This document shows, piece after piece, positions 36,020 through 45,785 of a stretch of 64,000 nucleotides of DNA. The position numbers and the translations under genes were made by a program. The notes beneath the pieces were generated by a model. That model was not told where the DNA came from, did no database searches, and worked only from the letters and a program-made list of their open reading frames with translations. Position 1 is the stretch's first letter, and every line of letters starts with the position of its first letter. Source of the stretch: a virus (taxonomy: Duplodnaviria > Heunggongvirae > Uroviricota > Caudoviricetes); IMG/VR virus record IMGVR_UViG_3300032294_001260; one strand, 5' to 3'.

Positions 36020-36469
36020 TCAGTGAACTGGTTTATCTTTTTTGCTTGCTAGTGCCTCTAGAATAGAAACAACTTTTTGAGCGGCTTCTACTGGATCAGT
36101 TGGCATACTCTCAGTAGAACCTTTGGGGGTTTTGAATGGAGTTTTAATAGTAGATTTGTTGTTATAGAAAAACTCGGCAACGTATTGATACTGCTCAACG
36201 AATTCTTCTTTTACGGGAGTTATGAACAAAACATCACTCGTGCGGAATTCTATTTCTTGCAAGTCAATAACTGTCTGCGGCAAGTATTCTTGCATCGCCA
36301 AAATCTGACGACCCTCTTCAAAAATAGTTTCAACGTCTATCCTGAGCGGTCTCTCAATCAAAACGAAATCTTCATCATAGGTGACATAACCGACAAGATC
36401 ATCTGGAAGATTGCGAAGGCGAACGAATTTTAGTTCACCCTTTGGATTAAACTGCGTTTCTTCTGTCAT
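36020..36469 (-). CDS. Conserved hypothetical protein between uvsW and gp55
   Basis: 149-aa ORF, operon-packed. Confidence 0.65.
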   Translation of the reverse strand: MTEETQFNPKGELKFVRLRNLPDDLVGYVTYDEDFVLIERPLRIDVETIFEEGRQILAMQEYLPQTVIDLQEIEFRTSDVLFITPVKEEFVEQYQYVAEFFYNNKSTIKTPFKTPKGSTESMPTDPVEAAQKVVSILEALASKKDKPVH

Positions 36470-37933
36470 TTAACTTACCCTTACGTTACTAGTAGTGAAA
36501 GGAAATTGTTCTTCGCTGTAGATCCTCACTCGTTCCTCATAATGCTTCAGTGTGAAGTTTGTATAAGGACCATAACGTAAATCGTCAGCAATATCATAAA
36601 GTGTCGCCGCGTCTTTGTTTTCACCTAAACGCAGAACACGCCCAATAGACTGCAGCGTTCGAATCTTACTTTTAGTCGGAGAGGAAAATACAATATTATG
36701 TAGGTTACGAATATTGACACCCGTACTCATGCAACCATAACTACCTATTATAATCGCATCGCTTTCTTGTTCAGTAATATGTCTTACTGCTTCACGATCT
36801 TCTGCTTCAACCCCACCATGAATGAAAAATACTTTTCGACCGTTTGCCTTTTCATTTATCCAGTCATATAGTAGTTTACCGTGTTTCTCGACATAAGTAA
36901 ATAAAATCAGAGTGTTACCCTTGAGATTGATGGCGAGATTAGTGATGAATTTATTTCGCTCTTCATTTTGAACTAAAAATGCCATCTCATCTTGATATGA
37001 AAATCCTTTGACCGATTTACACACCGCTTCGGGGTACTTCAGAACAATACACTTGATACTGAAATTTGCGAGTTGCTTGCGATCAATCAGTTGTTTGGTT
37101 GAGATGGCTTTGAACACTGGACCAAATAAACCTTCTAGAACAAGTTTGTTTACTTTGCTGTCATCAAGTGTACCCGTAGTACCAATACGCACATCACAGT
37201 TGATGAGTTTCGTCATTATGCTTGTCAATGACTTGGCTTTGAACGTATGCGCTTCGTCGCCGATGATAAAATCAAACTGAGCAAAGTATTTTTTTGGCAT
37301 CTCAAAAATAGATTGCCACGTGCTAATGATTAGATCACTGTCGGGGATCTTACTCTCACCACCATAAATCTTCTGGCAGTGCTTTTCCACATCCCATCCA
37401 TTTACAGATGAATAGTTCTTGAAGTCACTGTGCATTTGAGTGACTAGATTGATCGTAGGGACAATCAACAGACCGCGCTTTTTACCCGTATTCAACAGGT
37501 GGCGGATCATCATGTAGATGATTAATGACTTTCCCGATGCGGTAGGTGAAATGAGTACAGTTCTCTTCTTCGTAATTCCGACGCTAGAAGCGATGTACTG
37601 ATAATCTCTCGGCTCCATCGGAAGTGATAGAGCGTTCGCAAGATTCTTTGTGTCAATCGGGTAGACTTCCTTTTCTTCATCGAGGTACTCGCACGTGTAG
37701 TTGATATCCTTGCAAAACTTTTTGATATATGGCACTAAACCGAGATAGATTTGTTTGGTCTTTAGGCTGAACAGCCTGATTTTGCCATCCCAGTATTTAT
37801 TCTTGTACTCTGGTGAAAACCTTGCATTCGGCACTGAAAAAGTAAAAAAGTCGGAGATTTCTTGTAGAATGGAATCTTCGGCAGTGATTCGAACATATAC
37901 ATTATTTATTTTTTCAATCGTCACATCACACAT
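36470..37933 (-). CDS. uvsW: SF2 helicase UvsW
   Basis: PRDYQ, SPTASGKS, DEAH, GTTGT, STGVNI, QSIGRVLR. Confidence 0.95.
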   Translation of the reverse strand: MCDVTIEKINNVYVRITAEDSILQEISDFFTFSVPNARFSPEYKNKYWDGKIRLFSLKTKQIYLGLVPYIKKFCKDINYTCEYLDEEKEVYPIDTKNLANALSLPMEPRDYQYIASSVGITKKRTVLISPTASGKSLIIYMMIRHLLNTGKKRGLLIVPTINLVTQMHSDFKNYSSVNGWDVEKHCQKIYGGESKIPDSDLIISTWQSIFEMPKKYFAQFDFIIGDEAHTFKAKSLTSIMTKLINCDVRIGTTGTLDDSKVNKLVLEGLFGPVFKAISTKQLIDRKQLANFSIKCIVLKYPEAVCKSVKGFSYQDEMAFLVQNEERNKFITNLAINLKGNTLILFTYVEKHGKLLYDWINEKANGRKVFFIHGGVEAEDREAVRHITEQESDAIIIGSYGCMSTGVNIRNLHNIVFSSPTKSKIRTLQSIGRVLRLGENKDAATLYDIADDLRYGPYTNFTLKHYEERVRIYSEEQFPFTTSNVRVS

Positions 37934-38376
37934 CAACGAGCGCCCTGAATAAACCGTTCCCAATCCATATGAGCCTTCAATTGATACGTGCGTGACTGCA
38001 GTTCCTTCATAACCGCTTCACAGAATCTGGACGATTCTTCGTGATAGGCTTTCTTTTGTTTGAGTTTACTTAAATCTTCGTCACCATCAATGTAAACGGA
38101 GATGTCTGATTTCAACGTGAAGCGAAATGGTTCCCAACCGAGTTCTTGCAACTTGGTTTGGTCCATTTTGCCATTGTAATACTCCCATTTGAGTTTCTTG
38201 AATTTGTTCAACTCCATCTCCACCCTTTTGGCGGCGAGATTGTGGAGCGACAAATATTTATTGTACTTGTTGTGTAGGATTGGGATTCTGAGGATTTCGC
38301 GGCCAGGGTCCGTGATGTCGATTTCGGAATCCTTTTCCCATTGTTCCATTAATTGTTCGAGTGGTGGTGTCTGCAT
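37933..38376 (-). CDS. uvsY: Recombination mediator UvsY
   Basis: WEKDSEID, IPILHNKY, KWEYYNGK, position upstream of uvsW. Confidence 0.85.
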   Translation of the reverse strand: MQTPPLEQLMEQWEKDSEIDITDPGREILRIPILHNKYNKYLSLHNLAAKRVEMELNKFKKLKWEYYNGKMDQTKLQELGWEPFRFTLKSDISVYIDGDEDLSKLKQKKAYHEESSRFCEAVMKELQSRTYQLKAHMDWERFIQGAR

Positions 38377-38408
38377 ATAAAATTTAATTTCAAAGTTACC
38401 AACAAACG

Positions 38409-38437
38409 ATTATACAACTAATTGATAATTAAAGCAA
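38409..38437 (-). promoter_or_regulatory. sigma70 promoter for uvsY with an IHF consensus in its spacer
   Basis: TTGCTT-17-TATAAT; TATCAATTAGTTG (WATCAANNNNTTR) at 38415-27. Confidence 0.7.
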
Positions 38438-38463
38438 ACTTTACCTTGACAGTGTGGAAAAGT

Positions 38464-38492
38464 TTGACAAAGGTTTGACAGACCCGTACAAT
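38464..38492 (+). promoter_or_regulatory. Divergent plus-strand sigma70 promoter
   Basis: TTGACA-17-TACAAT. Confidence 0.65.
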
Positions 38493-38546
38493 AAGTATGT
38501 GGCTCCGTTAAGCAATTCTTCATGAAGATTCATAACAAAACTTAAC

Positions 38547-38579
38547 AGGATTTAAGATCCCCGAGAGTTCTTAAATCCT
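38547..38579. terminator. Probable bidirectional terminator hairpin
   Basis: Perfect 11-bp stem AGGATTTAAGA/TCTTAAATCCT overlapping the gp3 stop. Confidence 0.7.
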
Positions 38580-39116
38580 TTCGTAGTTGTAGTACGAAAA
38601 CCTAAAAGTCGCATCAGCGACGATAATATTCTCCGCCGTATCACTGGCGCTAAAAACAATCGATCCAACGCTGGTTGGAAATAGATCAATCAACTTCACT
38701 CGAAAGTTTGGATTGTTCTTGTTCGTGTATATCGTCAGGATGGCGTCTGAATATGGTTTAGGGATCGTCGAAGAAAGAGTGCGAATGTTACCCGCTTTCG
38801 TATCCCTTGCTAGTTTTAAATACTCATCGAAATTGGTAGGGAATGTGATGTTGCGGATCCAGTCGTGGAGTTGAGTCCATGCGTAAAGATCCTCATCGAC
38901 CAGAAACGTGATGTTTAAAGTGTCGTAGATGGCTTTTTCGCCAGGGTAGAATAGATCGACGAATGGAGTTGCAACTGGGAACTCCGACAACGAAATCCCT
39001 GGCAAATTCGCAGACTGACAAAAATACGTCACCCCTGGCAACCTATCAAATGTCACTCTGAATTTTGTGCTTTGTAGTAAGTCCGTGTTACTCGGATTTC
39101 GTGTCGTTACTGTCAT
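38571..39116 (-). CDS. gp3: Tail completion / tube terminator (gp3-like)
   Basis: FFCQ-like YFCQSANLPGI, PGEKAIYDTL, FLVDED, SDAIL, FPTS. Confidence 0.8.
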   Translation of the reverse strand: MTVTTRNPSNTDLLQSTKFRVTFDRLPGVTYFCQSANLPGISLSEFPVATPFVDLFYPGEKAIYDTLNITFLVDEDLYAWTQLHDWIRNITFPTNFDEYLKLARDTKAGNIRTLSSTIPKPYSDAILTIYTNKNNPNFRVKLIDLFPTSVGSIVFSASDTAENIIVADATFRFSYYNYERI

Positions 39117-39117
39117 T

Positions 39118-39390
39118 TTACTTCTTCAATTGACCCAGATTATGCCAAACGACCCAAGTGTAAACTGCACACATAATTGCTGTAGCCCACCAAATATTTG
39201 CAGCCGCGAAACACCAAATAATTAAAACTTTGGTCGCGACAAATGTGGCAAGTACTCCAATTTTATCGAACAAAAAATTCATCACGGGGTTCAATTCTTT
39301 GCCACCCTTCTCTAAGATATTGATCGTGGTGATAGCGTCCCCAAATTGAAGCAGCACAAGTAAAGTCAAAAACGTTGTTGCTAGATCCAT
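39118..39390 (-). CDS. Small membrane protein (DUF5658-like)
   Basis: DAITTINIL..GGKELNPVM plus hydrophobic helices. Confidence 0.55.
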   Translation of the reverse strand: MDLATTFLTLLVLLQFGDAITTINILEKGGKELNPVMNFLFDKIGVLATFVATKVLIIWCFAAANIWWATAIMCAVYTWVVWHNLGQLKK

Positions 39391-39427
39391 GTTCAGTGTC
39401 CTATGCCTTTGGATATATTTAGACAAT

Positions 39428-39453
39428 AAAAAAGGGGGGCTTTTCAGCCCCCC
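39428..39453 (-). terminator. Intrinsic terminator after gp23
   Basis: GGGGGGC-TGAAAA-GCCCCCC-TTTTTT. Confidence 0.85.
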
Positions 39454-39513
39454 TCAGTTTCTTTAGCCTCTTGTATTTATTATCAATTCGGCAAAGAGTT
39501 TATCAACGTCAGA

Positions 39514-40830
39514 TTACTGGTTGATGTTTAGGACTTGGAACTTACGGTAATAAACGTTTGTACCAGTTGTAATTGCACCAGTTCCTGCTGTTGTAGCGAA
39601 TGGATTTGCAACTAGACCGTAACGAGTCTTGAATCCAACCTTTGGTTGGTAAGTCGTTGGATCAATTGCACGTACCATCTGTAGAGGAACGTATGGGCAG
39701 TAGAACAAGCCAGCGTCATAAGGTGTATTACCTTTATAACCAACAACAACGTAATCGCTACCCTGTACAGAGTATGGGTCAACGAATACCTTAACACGAC
39801 CGAATAGCGTACCAGCAAATGTATTGCCTGTATCGTCAACGGCTAGGTTGGTGTTGTTCGATAGTGCTGAGTTGTAGTCCAATAGACCAGTCATTGCAAG
39901 AGCAGATGCAACATCGGTTGAAACGATGAGCATGTTACCCTTACCACGACGAGTGTCCTTGGCAATCTTGTTACATGCACGTTCAATTGCGAATAATAGG
40001 CTCTTGTACTTTTCTACCTGCCAGCGACCGCTTGTATCAGCAGTGCTTGATAGGTTGAAAGTTGCAGTTGCAAGACTTACTACACCGACGTTAGCAGAAC
40101 CGTAGATTGTACGGATAACTTCGCGGTTGATTTCAGCAAGAATTTCAGTTGACAAAATGTTTGTCAATTCTGTTTCTGCGTCTAGACCATGAATTGCCTT
40201 GAGATCTTGTGCAAGTTCAAGGGTGTATGCTGCTTGCAAGCCGCGTGTTCTTGCTGTAACAGCAACACGATCAATCTGGAAGCCCATATATGCCATGGTT
40301 AGATCTTCAGAAGCAGCCGTAGTTACACCAACGCCAGTGTTTGCCATTGTCATAGCAGCAACGTTCTGGCTGAGTGTTGTAACAGCGTTAGCAACTGTAT
40401 CGCTTGCAGTACCAGCGAACACGGTGTTTGCTTCTTGGAACAACGCTTCACCTACTGACGCAGTTGTGTTAGCGTAGACTGAACGCATTGCGAAGATCAA
40501 GCCTGTTGGACCAGTCATTGGCTGAACGCCGCAAACATCGTAAGCCATTAGGTTAGGGAGCGCACGGCGAACCAATCCGATTAGAATTGGGTCAAAGCCA
40601 GCAACAGCCGCACCAGATGCGTTACCCAAGCCGTTAATACCAGCACCCATGGAAGGCTGTGGCGCTTCCCATAGATTCTGCATCGAACGGTTTTCTTCAA
40701 CTAGGGCACGTTCTTGGTTTTCAAGAACTAGAGCAGTAACAGCACGCTTGTATTGGTCTGTAATCGCTGGGAGTTCTGGATGATCAAGAACTGGTGCCCA
40801 CTTCTTTGCATATGTTTCGTTAATATACAT
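39514..40830 (-). CDS. gp23: Major capsid protein
   Basis: KWAPVL, GVQPMTGPTGLIFAMR, YTLELAQDLKAIHGLDAE, FYCPYVPL, FKTRYG. Confidence 0.97.
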   Translation of the reverse strand: MYINETYAKKWAPVLDHPELPAITDQYKRAVTALVLENQERALVEENRSMQNLWEAPQPSMGAGINGLGNASGAAVAGFDPILIGLVRRALPNLMAYDVCGVQPMTGPTGLIFAMRSVYANTTASVGEALFQEANTVFAGTASDTVANAVTTLSQNVAAMTMANTGVGVTTAASEDLTMAYMGFQIDRVAVTARTRGLQAAYTLELAQDLKAIHGLDAETELTNILSTEILAEINREVIRTIYGSANVGVVSLATATFNLSSTADTSGRWQVEKYKSLLFAIERACNKIAKDTRRGKGNMLIVSTDVASALAMTGLLDYNSALSNNTNLAVDDTGNTFAGTLFGRVKVFVDPYSVQGSDYVVVGYKGNTPYDAGLFYCPYVPLQMVRAIDPTTYQPKVGFKTRYGLVANPFATTAGTGAITTGTNVYYRKFQVLNINQ

Positions 40831-40849
40831 TTAGTGATACCTCAGTTAA

Positions 40850-42130
40850 TTATGCCTTTGGGGCAGTTTTTGAAATTGATTGAACATAACGAGCCATTAT
40901 CGAATTAGTAACTTCTGCTACTTCAGGTGCTTCAATAGTTCTTTCTTGAAGTACCTTGACCTCACTCTTCACATTTGTTTTATTTGGGAAGTAGTTCTCG
41001 CGTAGAACTGCGAGTTTATTATCAAAATCACCATCTGTGGTGAACTCCACGCCCTCTGCGAGCGATTTCAGTTTTCCAGCCTGTACTGCGGTTAGACCTT
41101 CGCACATGCTGTCAATTGCTTTAGCCTTCTTAATTTTCTTAAGTTCGCTTAGTATAGATTCTTTTTCGGTTGCTTTCGATGCAATGGCTTCTTCGAGTTC
41201 AACGACGCGAGTAGCCAATTCCTCAGTAACATTAACCTTTTCTTCTGGAATTTCCATGTAGTGTTCTACAAAGAGATTCTTCAATCCATTGATAAAGTCT
41301 TCGGCAAGTTCAGCGCGTAGACCAGTTTCAATGGCGATTTCGTTTTCTTTGACCCACTCTTCAACAACGTAGTTGAGATACTCGTCAACCTGCTCTGAAA
41401 GTTCTGTCTTGATTTCACCAATAGCAGCGTCAAGAACTTTATCATTCTCGGAAACGACTTCATCAACGATCTGCTCAACGCGAGACTGGACAGCCGATTC
41501 AAAAATCAGCGTTGCCTTGACACGGAAATCTTCAGATAGTGATTCGCCGTTGAACAATGCATCAACATCTTCTCTCATCGAACCACGATACTTTGCGATC
41601 AGATCTTTCTTCATACCTTCCATGAAAGACTCTTCGTTTACTTCTTCGCCGTCTTCGCCGTCTTCGTCGTCTTCGTCGTCTTCAGATTCTTCGGCAATGT
41701 TCATCGCACCGATCTTTTGACCTGGCTTCAATAGAGCCTTGGCGCGTGTCTCTTCTGGGCTTTGTGTGCCACCATCTTCCATTTCGCCTTCGTCTTCAGC
41801 ATCGGCTGCGCTAACTTCTAATGAATTGATTTCAAGTGCGCCATCCTGACCGATTTTTACATCAGACCCTGGATAAATCTTCTTTGGTTCTGCGGGAACC
41901 CCAGGAAGCCCTGGCTTCACCGCTTGAGTTGCGGCTTTAGCAGCATCAACACCGACGCTCTTATCTACGTCTTTCTGACCCTGCCATGGACCGCCAGAAT
42001 AATCATCTTCTGGTGTTGCTCCACCGAGATCCTGCATGTCTGCGCCCAATGACATCATTGGTTCTTTGTTGTTTGCTGCCATTGATGCTCTTAAAATTTC
42101 AGCAGCGGATTCTGATAATGTTTTAGCCAT
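40850..42130 (-). CDS. gp22: Prohead scaffold protein with long acidic N-terminal extension
   Basis: LSEDFRVKATLIFESAV, YLNYVVEEW, C-terminal MARYVQSISK; TATAAATA at 42158-65. Confidence 0.88.
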   Translation of the reverse strand: MAKTLSESAAEILRASMAANNKEPMMSLGADMQDLGGATPEDDYSGGPWQGQKDVDKSVGVDAAKAATQAVKPGLPGVPAEPKKIYPGSDVKIGQDGALEINSLEVSAADAEDEGEMEDGGTQSPEETRAKALLKPGQKIGAMNIAEESEDDEDDEDGEDGEEVNEESFMEGMKKDLIAKYRGSMREDVDALFNGESLSEDFRVKATLIFESAVQSRVEQIVDEVVSENDKVLDAAIGEIKTELSEQVDEYLNYVVEEWVKENEIAIETGLRAELAEDFINGLKNLFVEHYMEIPEEKVNVTEELATRVVELEEAIASKATEKESILSELKKIKKAKAIDSMCEGLTAVQAGKLKSLAEGVEFTTDGDFDNKLAVLRENYFPNKTNVKSEVKVLQERTIEAPEVAEVTNSIMARYVQSISKTAPKA

Positions 42131-42169
42131 TTTTTTTAACTCCTGAAGAGATAATGTTATTTATAAAAG

Positions 42170-42814
42170 TTATAGTTTTGACAAAAAATTCTCAAAGATC
42201 TTTAGAGAAATTTCGTCAATTTGTTTTTGCTTTGCGCTTTTGATTTGGTTGTAATAAGCGTTGACATCCATTTCTTTGACAACACCATTATCCCAAACCC
42301 ACTCTTTTCCTTCCATAATACCCTGCACAAACGCCCCTGGCGCAGACGGATCTGCGACAATATCAGCCGCTGTGGCTAGATAATAATCATCTTGAACAAC
42401 GTTGATACCGTTCATGTTTTTTAATGAACCCATACCACGTGATGAAACACCGAGAGTTGCACCACCTTCCATAAGAGACTTGGCGATTTTACCCATCGGT
42501 GTTTCAAGAATTTTTGCTTTACCTTCAAAAATATTACCATTTTGTGTGAGACTGGTAATAAGATGAGAAACGCGATCTAAATTGATAGATGGTGTATCTG
42601 GATGACCTAGTTCACCAAATGCACGATTTTTACAAATGTATTCCTCGTTATAGCGAGTTACTTCTTTAAGAAGAACATTGACGGGATATGTGCGCTGGTT
42701 ACGGTTTGCGGTCTCAGCAACTAGAAATGGTCCCTGAATGTAAAGGGTTTTGACACCGTTTTTTTCTTCGGTGATAACCTTAACTTCTTCTATCGTTTCT
42801 GTGATTAACTTCAT
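42170..42814 (-). CDS. gp21: Prohead protease
   Basis: NRNQRTY, GELGHP, DRVSH, GVSSRGMGS, DIVADPSAP. Confidence 0.95.
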   Translation of the reverse strand: MKLITETIEEVKVITEEKNGVKTLYIQGPFLVAETANRNQRTYPVNVLLKEVTRYNEEYICKNRAFGELGHPDTPSINLDRVSHLITSLTQNGNIFEGKAKILETPMGKIAKSLMEGGATLGVSSRGMGSLKNMNGINVVQDDYYLATAADIVADPSAPGAFVQGIMEGKEWVWDNGVVKEMDVNAYYNQIKSAKQKQIDEISLKIFENFLSKL

Positions 42815-42836
42815 CTAAAAGTCCTCTTATCATCGA

Positions 42837-44363
42837 TTAATTCTTGAGTTCCAGTCTCATGCGCTCGCGATTGTATCCGCCGCCCACCATTAATGGTTCA
42901 TCATCATCTTTCGTATTATCTCGGGCAACACCCAATATTTCTGCTCGATCTTTGAATGTTATTGTTGGATGATAAAGGGCTTCCCTTCGAACCGTTTCGT
43001 CACTATCTTTCAGTGCAATGTCCACATGTTTTCTGGTTGACTTTGGATTTTGAAGTGCTGCTACTTTAACGTAAGTGTGTTCTGCTGGGTTTCGAAGGAT
43101 TGATTCAATCTGTTCATCGGTTGCATTTTTATGTGCAGCCGCTTTTTCACGATTAGGCCAACTTTCATCATGTTTTAATACGTGATCGATATGCTCTGGT
43201 GTTGCGTTTGGATGCCTAATCGCCGTTGATCGAACAAATTCATCCTTATCTTTTAACCCTTGGGTGATGTGTTCTGGTGTCACTTGTGGTTGTACAAGTG
43301 CTCTGGATCGAACCCACGAATCTCTATCTTTCAATGCCGTTGAGATATGTTCTGACGTTGCTTTTGGATGTGCAACTGCACCCGATCGAACCCACGCATC
43401 TTCATCCTTCAATGCTTGAGTGATGTGGTCTTCCGTCGCATTTGGATGCGTGATGGCTTCTTGGCGAATATCTGGATCTTCGTCAGTCAATGCTTGGGTG
43501 ATGTGTTCGGGTTTTACATCGGGGTGTCTAATTGCCGCTGATCGTATTTGCTTACTACCATTTTTTAATGCACCTGTAATATCACTGGCGTTCATATTAG
43601 GATTAACAGCCGTATGGAAGTCTAAATCGTCGTAAACATTTTTATTAATTTTATAGACTCTATCATTTGGTGATTTTGAAGATAATTCTTTTGATACATC
43701 TAGTACCGCTTTTTTAAATGCGGGATGCTTGACGCCATATTCCGAATTTAAAACGTGAATGGTGTGTGATCCATTGTGGTAAGGCTGTAATGTTGCTCTA
43801 TAGATTTCTTTTCCATCATGATCGTGTCCGAAAACTACGACCGTTCCATTCCCAACCTCATTTTCCAAATATTCACGATGCATCCCAGATGTAATGTTCT
43901 TACAACTCAGCGAAGCCCATGAATGCCCGTTCGGGTGGTCTTCATTTGGTTCTGGGTTGGTTTGCCCAAACACCTCAGTCCCACGATGGACACTAATCTT
44001 CATAGATTCAACTGCTTTTGCACCAGACCTAGTGCTATCAGAAACAAACTGTTTCTGTAAATCAGGATCTTTGATTAGTTTACTGAGACGAGTTTTTCGA
44101 CCGTATTTATCAACTGCCAGTCCAGCCTTATAGTCATCTGGTTCTATAGTTCGACCTAAATGATCTTCAACTTTTTTATGAATTTCAGATTTACTAAAAT
44201 TAGTGTCCTCAACATCTCGCACAATTTTGTCATTTCCAACACCAAAAAAGTGATCCGTCGCTTGTCTAGCGTCTGCATTCATTTGAACGCCCGAATGCTC
44301 TGCACGCTGTTTAGGCGTTAAATACTCCAATAAATTTGCCTTCATTTGTTTAAGGGGTTTCAT
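42837..44363 (-). CDS. Putative internal head protein with HEAT/LRV-like 24-aa repeats
   Basis: N-terminus MKPLKQMKANLLE; about 8 repeats of HP.AT.EHI..AL.D.D..VR..A. Confidence 0.7.
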   Translation of the reverse strand: MKPLKQMKANLLEYLTPKQRAEHSGVQMNADARQATDHFFGVGNDKIVRDVEDTNFSKSEIHKKVEDHLGRTIEPDDYKAGLAVDKYGRKTRLSKLIKDPDLQKQFVSDSTRSGAKAVESMKISVHRGTEVFGQTNPEPNEDHPNGHSWASLSCKNITSGMHREYLENEVGNGTVVVFGHDHDGKEIYRATLQPYHNGSHTIHVLNSEYGVKHPAFKKAVLDVSKELSSKSPNDRVYKINKNVYDDLDFHTAVNPNMNASDITGALKNGSKQIRSAAIRHPDVKPEHITQALTDEDPDIRQEAITHPNATEDHITQALKDEDAWVRSGAVAHPKATSEHISTALKDRDSWVRSRALVQPQVTPEHITQGLKDKDEFVRSTAIRHPNATPEHIDHVLKHDESWPNREKAAAHKNATDEQIESILRNPAEHTYVKVAALQNPKSTRKHVDIALKDSDETVRREALYHPTITFKDRAEILGVARDNTKDDDEPLMVGGGYNRERMRLELKN

Positions 44364-44365
44364 GA

Positions 44366-44665
44366 TTACAAACCTAATGATTTACGCTTTCTTAGCGAAC
44401 GGCTTCTTTTAATAATTGATCTAGCCATTTTGGCTTTTCTTTTGATCTTACCTTTTCTTTGAGCAATTTTTCTTCGCATTTTTTCGGCAGAAGTCATGCG
44501 AGTAAGTTTGCCGCCTCTTATCGTGTATCCCTTTACCGCAGAAACGACTTTTCTTCTTTGAACCTTACCGCCACGTATTCTTGCCTTAACAAGTTTTTTC
44601 CTGCCCATTTTCTGGACATTGGCTTCAGATATGATCTGTCGAATTGTGTCGGAAATTGCGCTCAT
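44366..44665 (-). CDS. Basic prohead core protein (gp68-like)
   Basis: Arg/Lys-rich RIRGGKVQRRK...KRSRSLRKRKSLGL; upstream of gp21. Confidence 0.6.
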   Translation of the reverse strand: MSAISDTIRQIISEANVQKMGRKKLVKARIRGGKVQRRKVVSAVKGYTIRGGKLTRMTSAEKMRRKIAQRKGKIKRKAKMARSIIKRSRSLRKRKSLGL

Positions 44666-45297
44666 CGGTTTTCTGGTCTTTTTGCGTGTCTTCTAGCAAA
44701 AGATAACAATCTCTTGAGTTTTGCTGGGTCTGTAATATGGCGCATTAAAGCCTTTCGATTTTTATTATTTAATGCACCATGTAATGTTGTTATGTGCCCC
44801 AATTGTTCGGGAGTTAATGATATGTACTTCAAACCATTTCCAACTGAAGCCTTACCTTCATTCATCTGGGCCATTATATTTGAACCATCTTCAGAGTAAG
44901 GGACTGTAAACTTCAATCCCAATCTATCATTCACATAAAGAGCGACTTTTTGGCCGTCGGGGAAAACCCTTATGGCAGTTCTTTTTATGATAAGAGTGGT
45001 GGGTAGATCTCGATCTCGTTGCTCGTTGATTTCTTCTCTAAACAGATTTTTATTTTTATGAGCCGCCTCTGCCGCTGCCTCCAAAGATGCATCAACATAT
45101 CGATCATAATGATCCCTTACGCTAGGTGGTAAATTGTTTGGATTAGGATTTCTTTGTAATCTACGAAGCGCCCTTTCAACTTTTAAAGGATCTACGCCAA
45201 TTAATTTCGCAAGTGTACGATCAACATAAACGTCGTTAGAAACTCCGTTGTTGTTTTGTTTTTCTGCTAAATTTTGTCTAACTTGGCGAAAGTTCAT
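44662..45297 (-). CDS. Putative prohead core/internal protein
   Basis: MNFRQVRQNLAE N-terminus; IIKRTAIRVFPDGQKVALY. Confidence 0.6.
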   Translation of the reverse strand: MNFRQVRQNLAEKQNNNGVSNDVYVDRTLAKLIGVDPLKVERALRRLQRNPNPNNLPPSVRDHYDRYVDASLEAAAEAAHKNKNLFREEINEQRDRDLPTTLIIKRTAIRVFPDGQKVALYVNDRLGLKFTVPYSEDGSNIMAQMNEGKASVGNGLKYISLTPEQLGHITTLHGALNNKNRKALMRHITDPAKLKRLLSFARRHAKRPENR

Positions 45298-45312
45298 TTG
45301 AATTTATGATGT

Positions 45313-45756
45313 TTATGTTCTTCTTGAGATTGGTAATTCATCATTATCAATTCTAGGATTATCGACTGGTTCAAGGTTGCCAACTTTTCTTCTAAGATTT
45401 TTAGTGTCTTGTGCAAGATTTTTAGCGACTCGGTTGCGGCGGGCTTGTTCCCACCCCTTTTTCCAGAGATGAGACGCCATTGAACCATTTTCGTATGGAT
45501 TAGCAGACTTGGGTTCACCGTTGTTGTGAGCCTTACCCCCATTCTCATAAAATCTGCCAGATTCATCCACCCGCTCGACTTCTTCGTGGATTGTTTCAGA
45601 AGGAGCGATCAGAGTTGATGCAACTTCAACTTTTTTGACCTCAAGGGCATCAGAAACTTTGGTTGCTAGAGCAGCATTGAACGCTGCCATAAACGATTCT
45701 TTATCGCCCGCTAGGACGGCGTCAACGATATTGATTTGTGGACTCATGTTTTCCAT
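45313..45756 (-). CDS. gp67-like prohead core protein fused to an RMF-like domain
   Basis: N-half VDAVLAGD..F..AFN..L..KV..AL...K..VA; C-half G..A...G..K...PY...W..GW..A. Confidence 0.6.
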   Translation of the reverse strand: MENMSPQINIVDAVLAGDKESFMAAFNAALATKVSDALEVKKVEVASTLIAPSETIHEEVERVDESGRFYENGGKAHNNGEPKSANPYENGSMASHLWKKGWEQARRNRVAKNLAQDTKNLRRKVGNLEPVDNPRIDNDELPISRRT

Positions 45757-45785
45757 TTGTAAACCCTCGAAGGTTGAATTATAGT

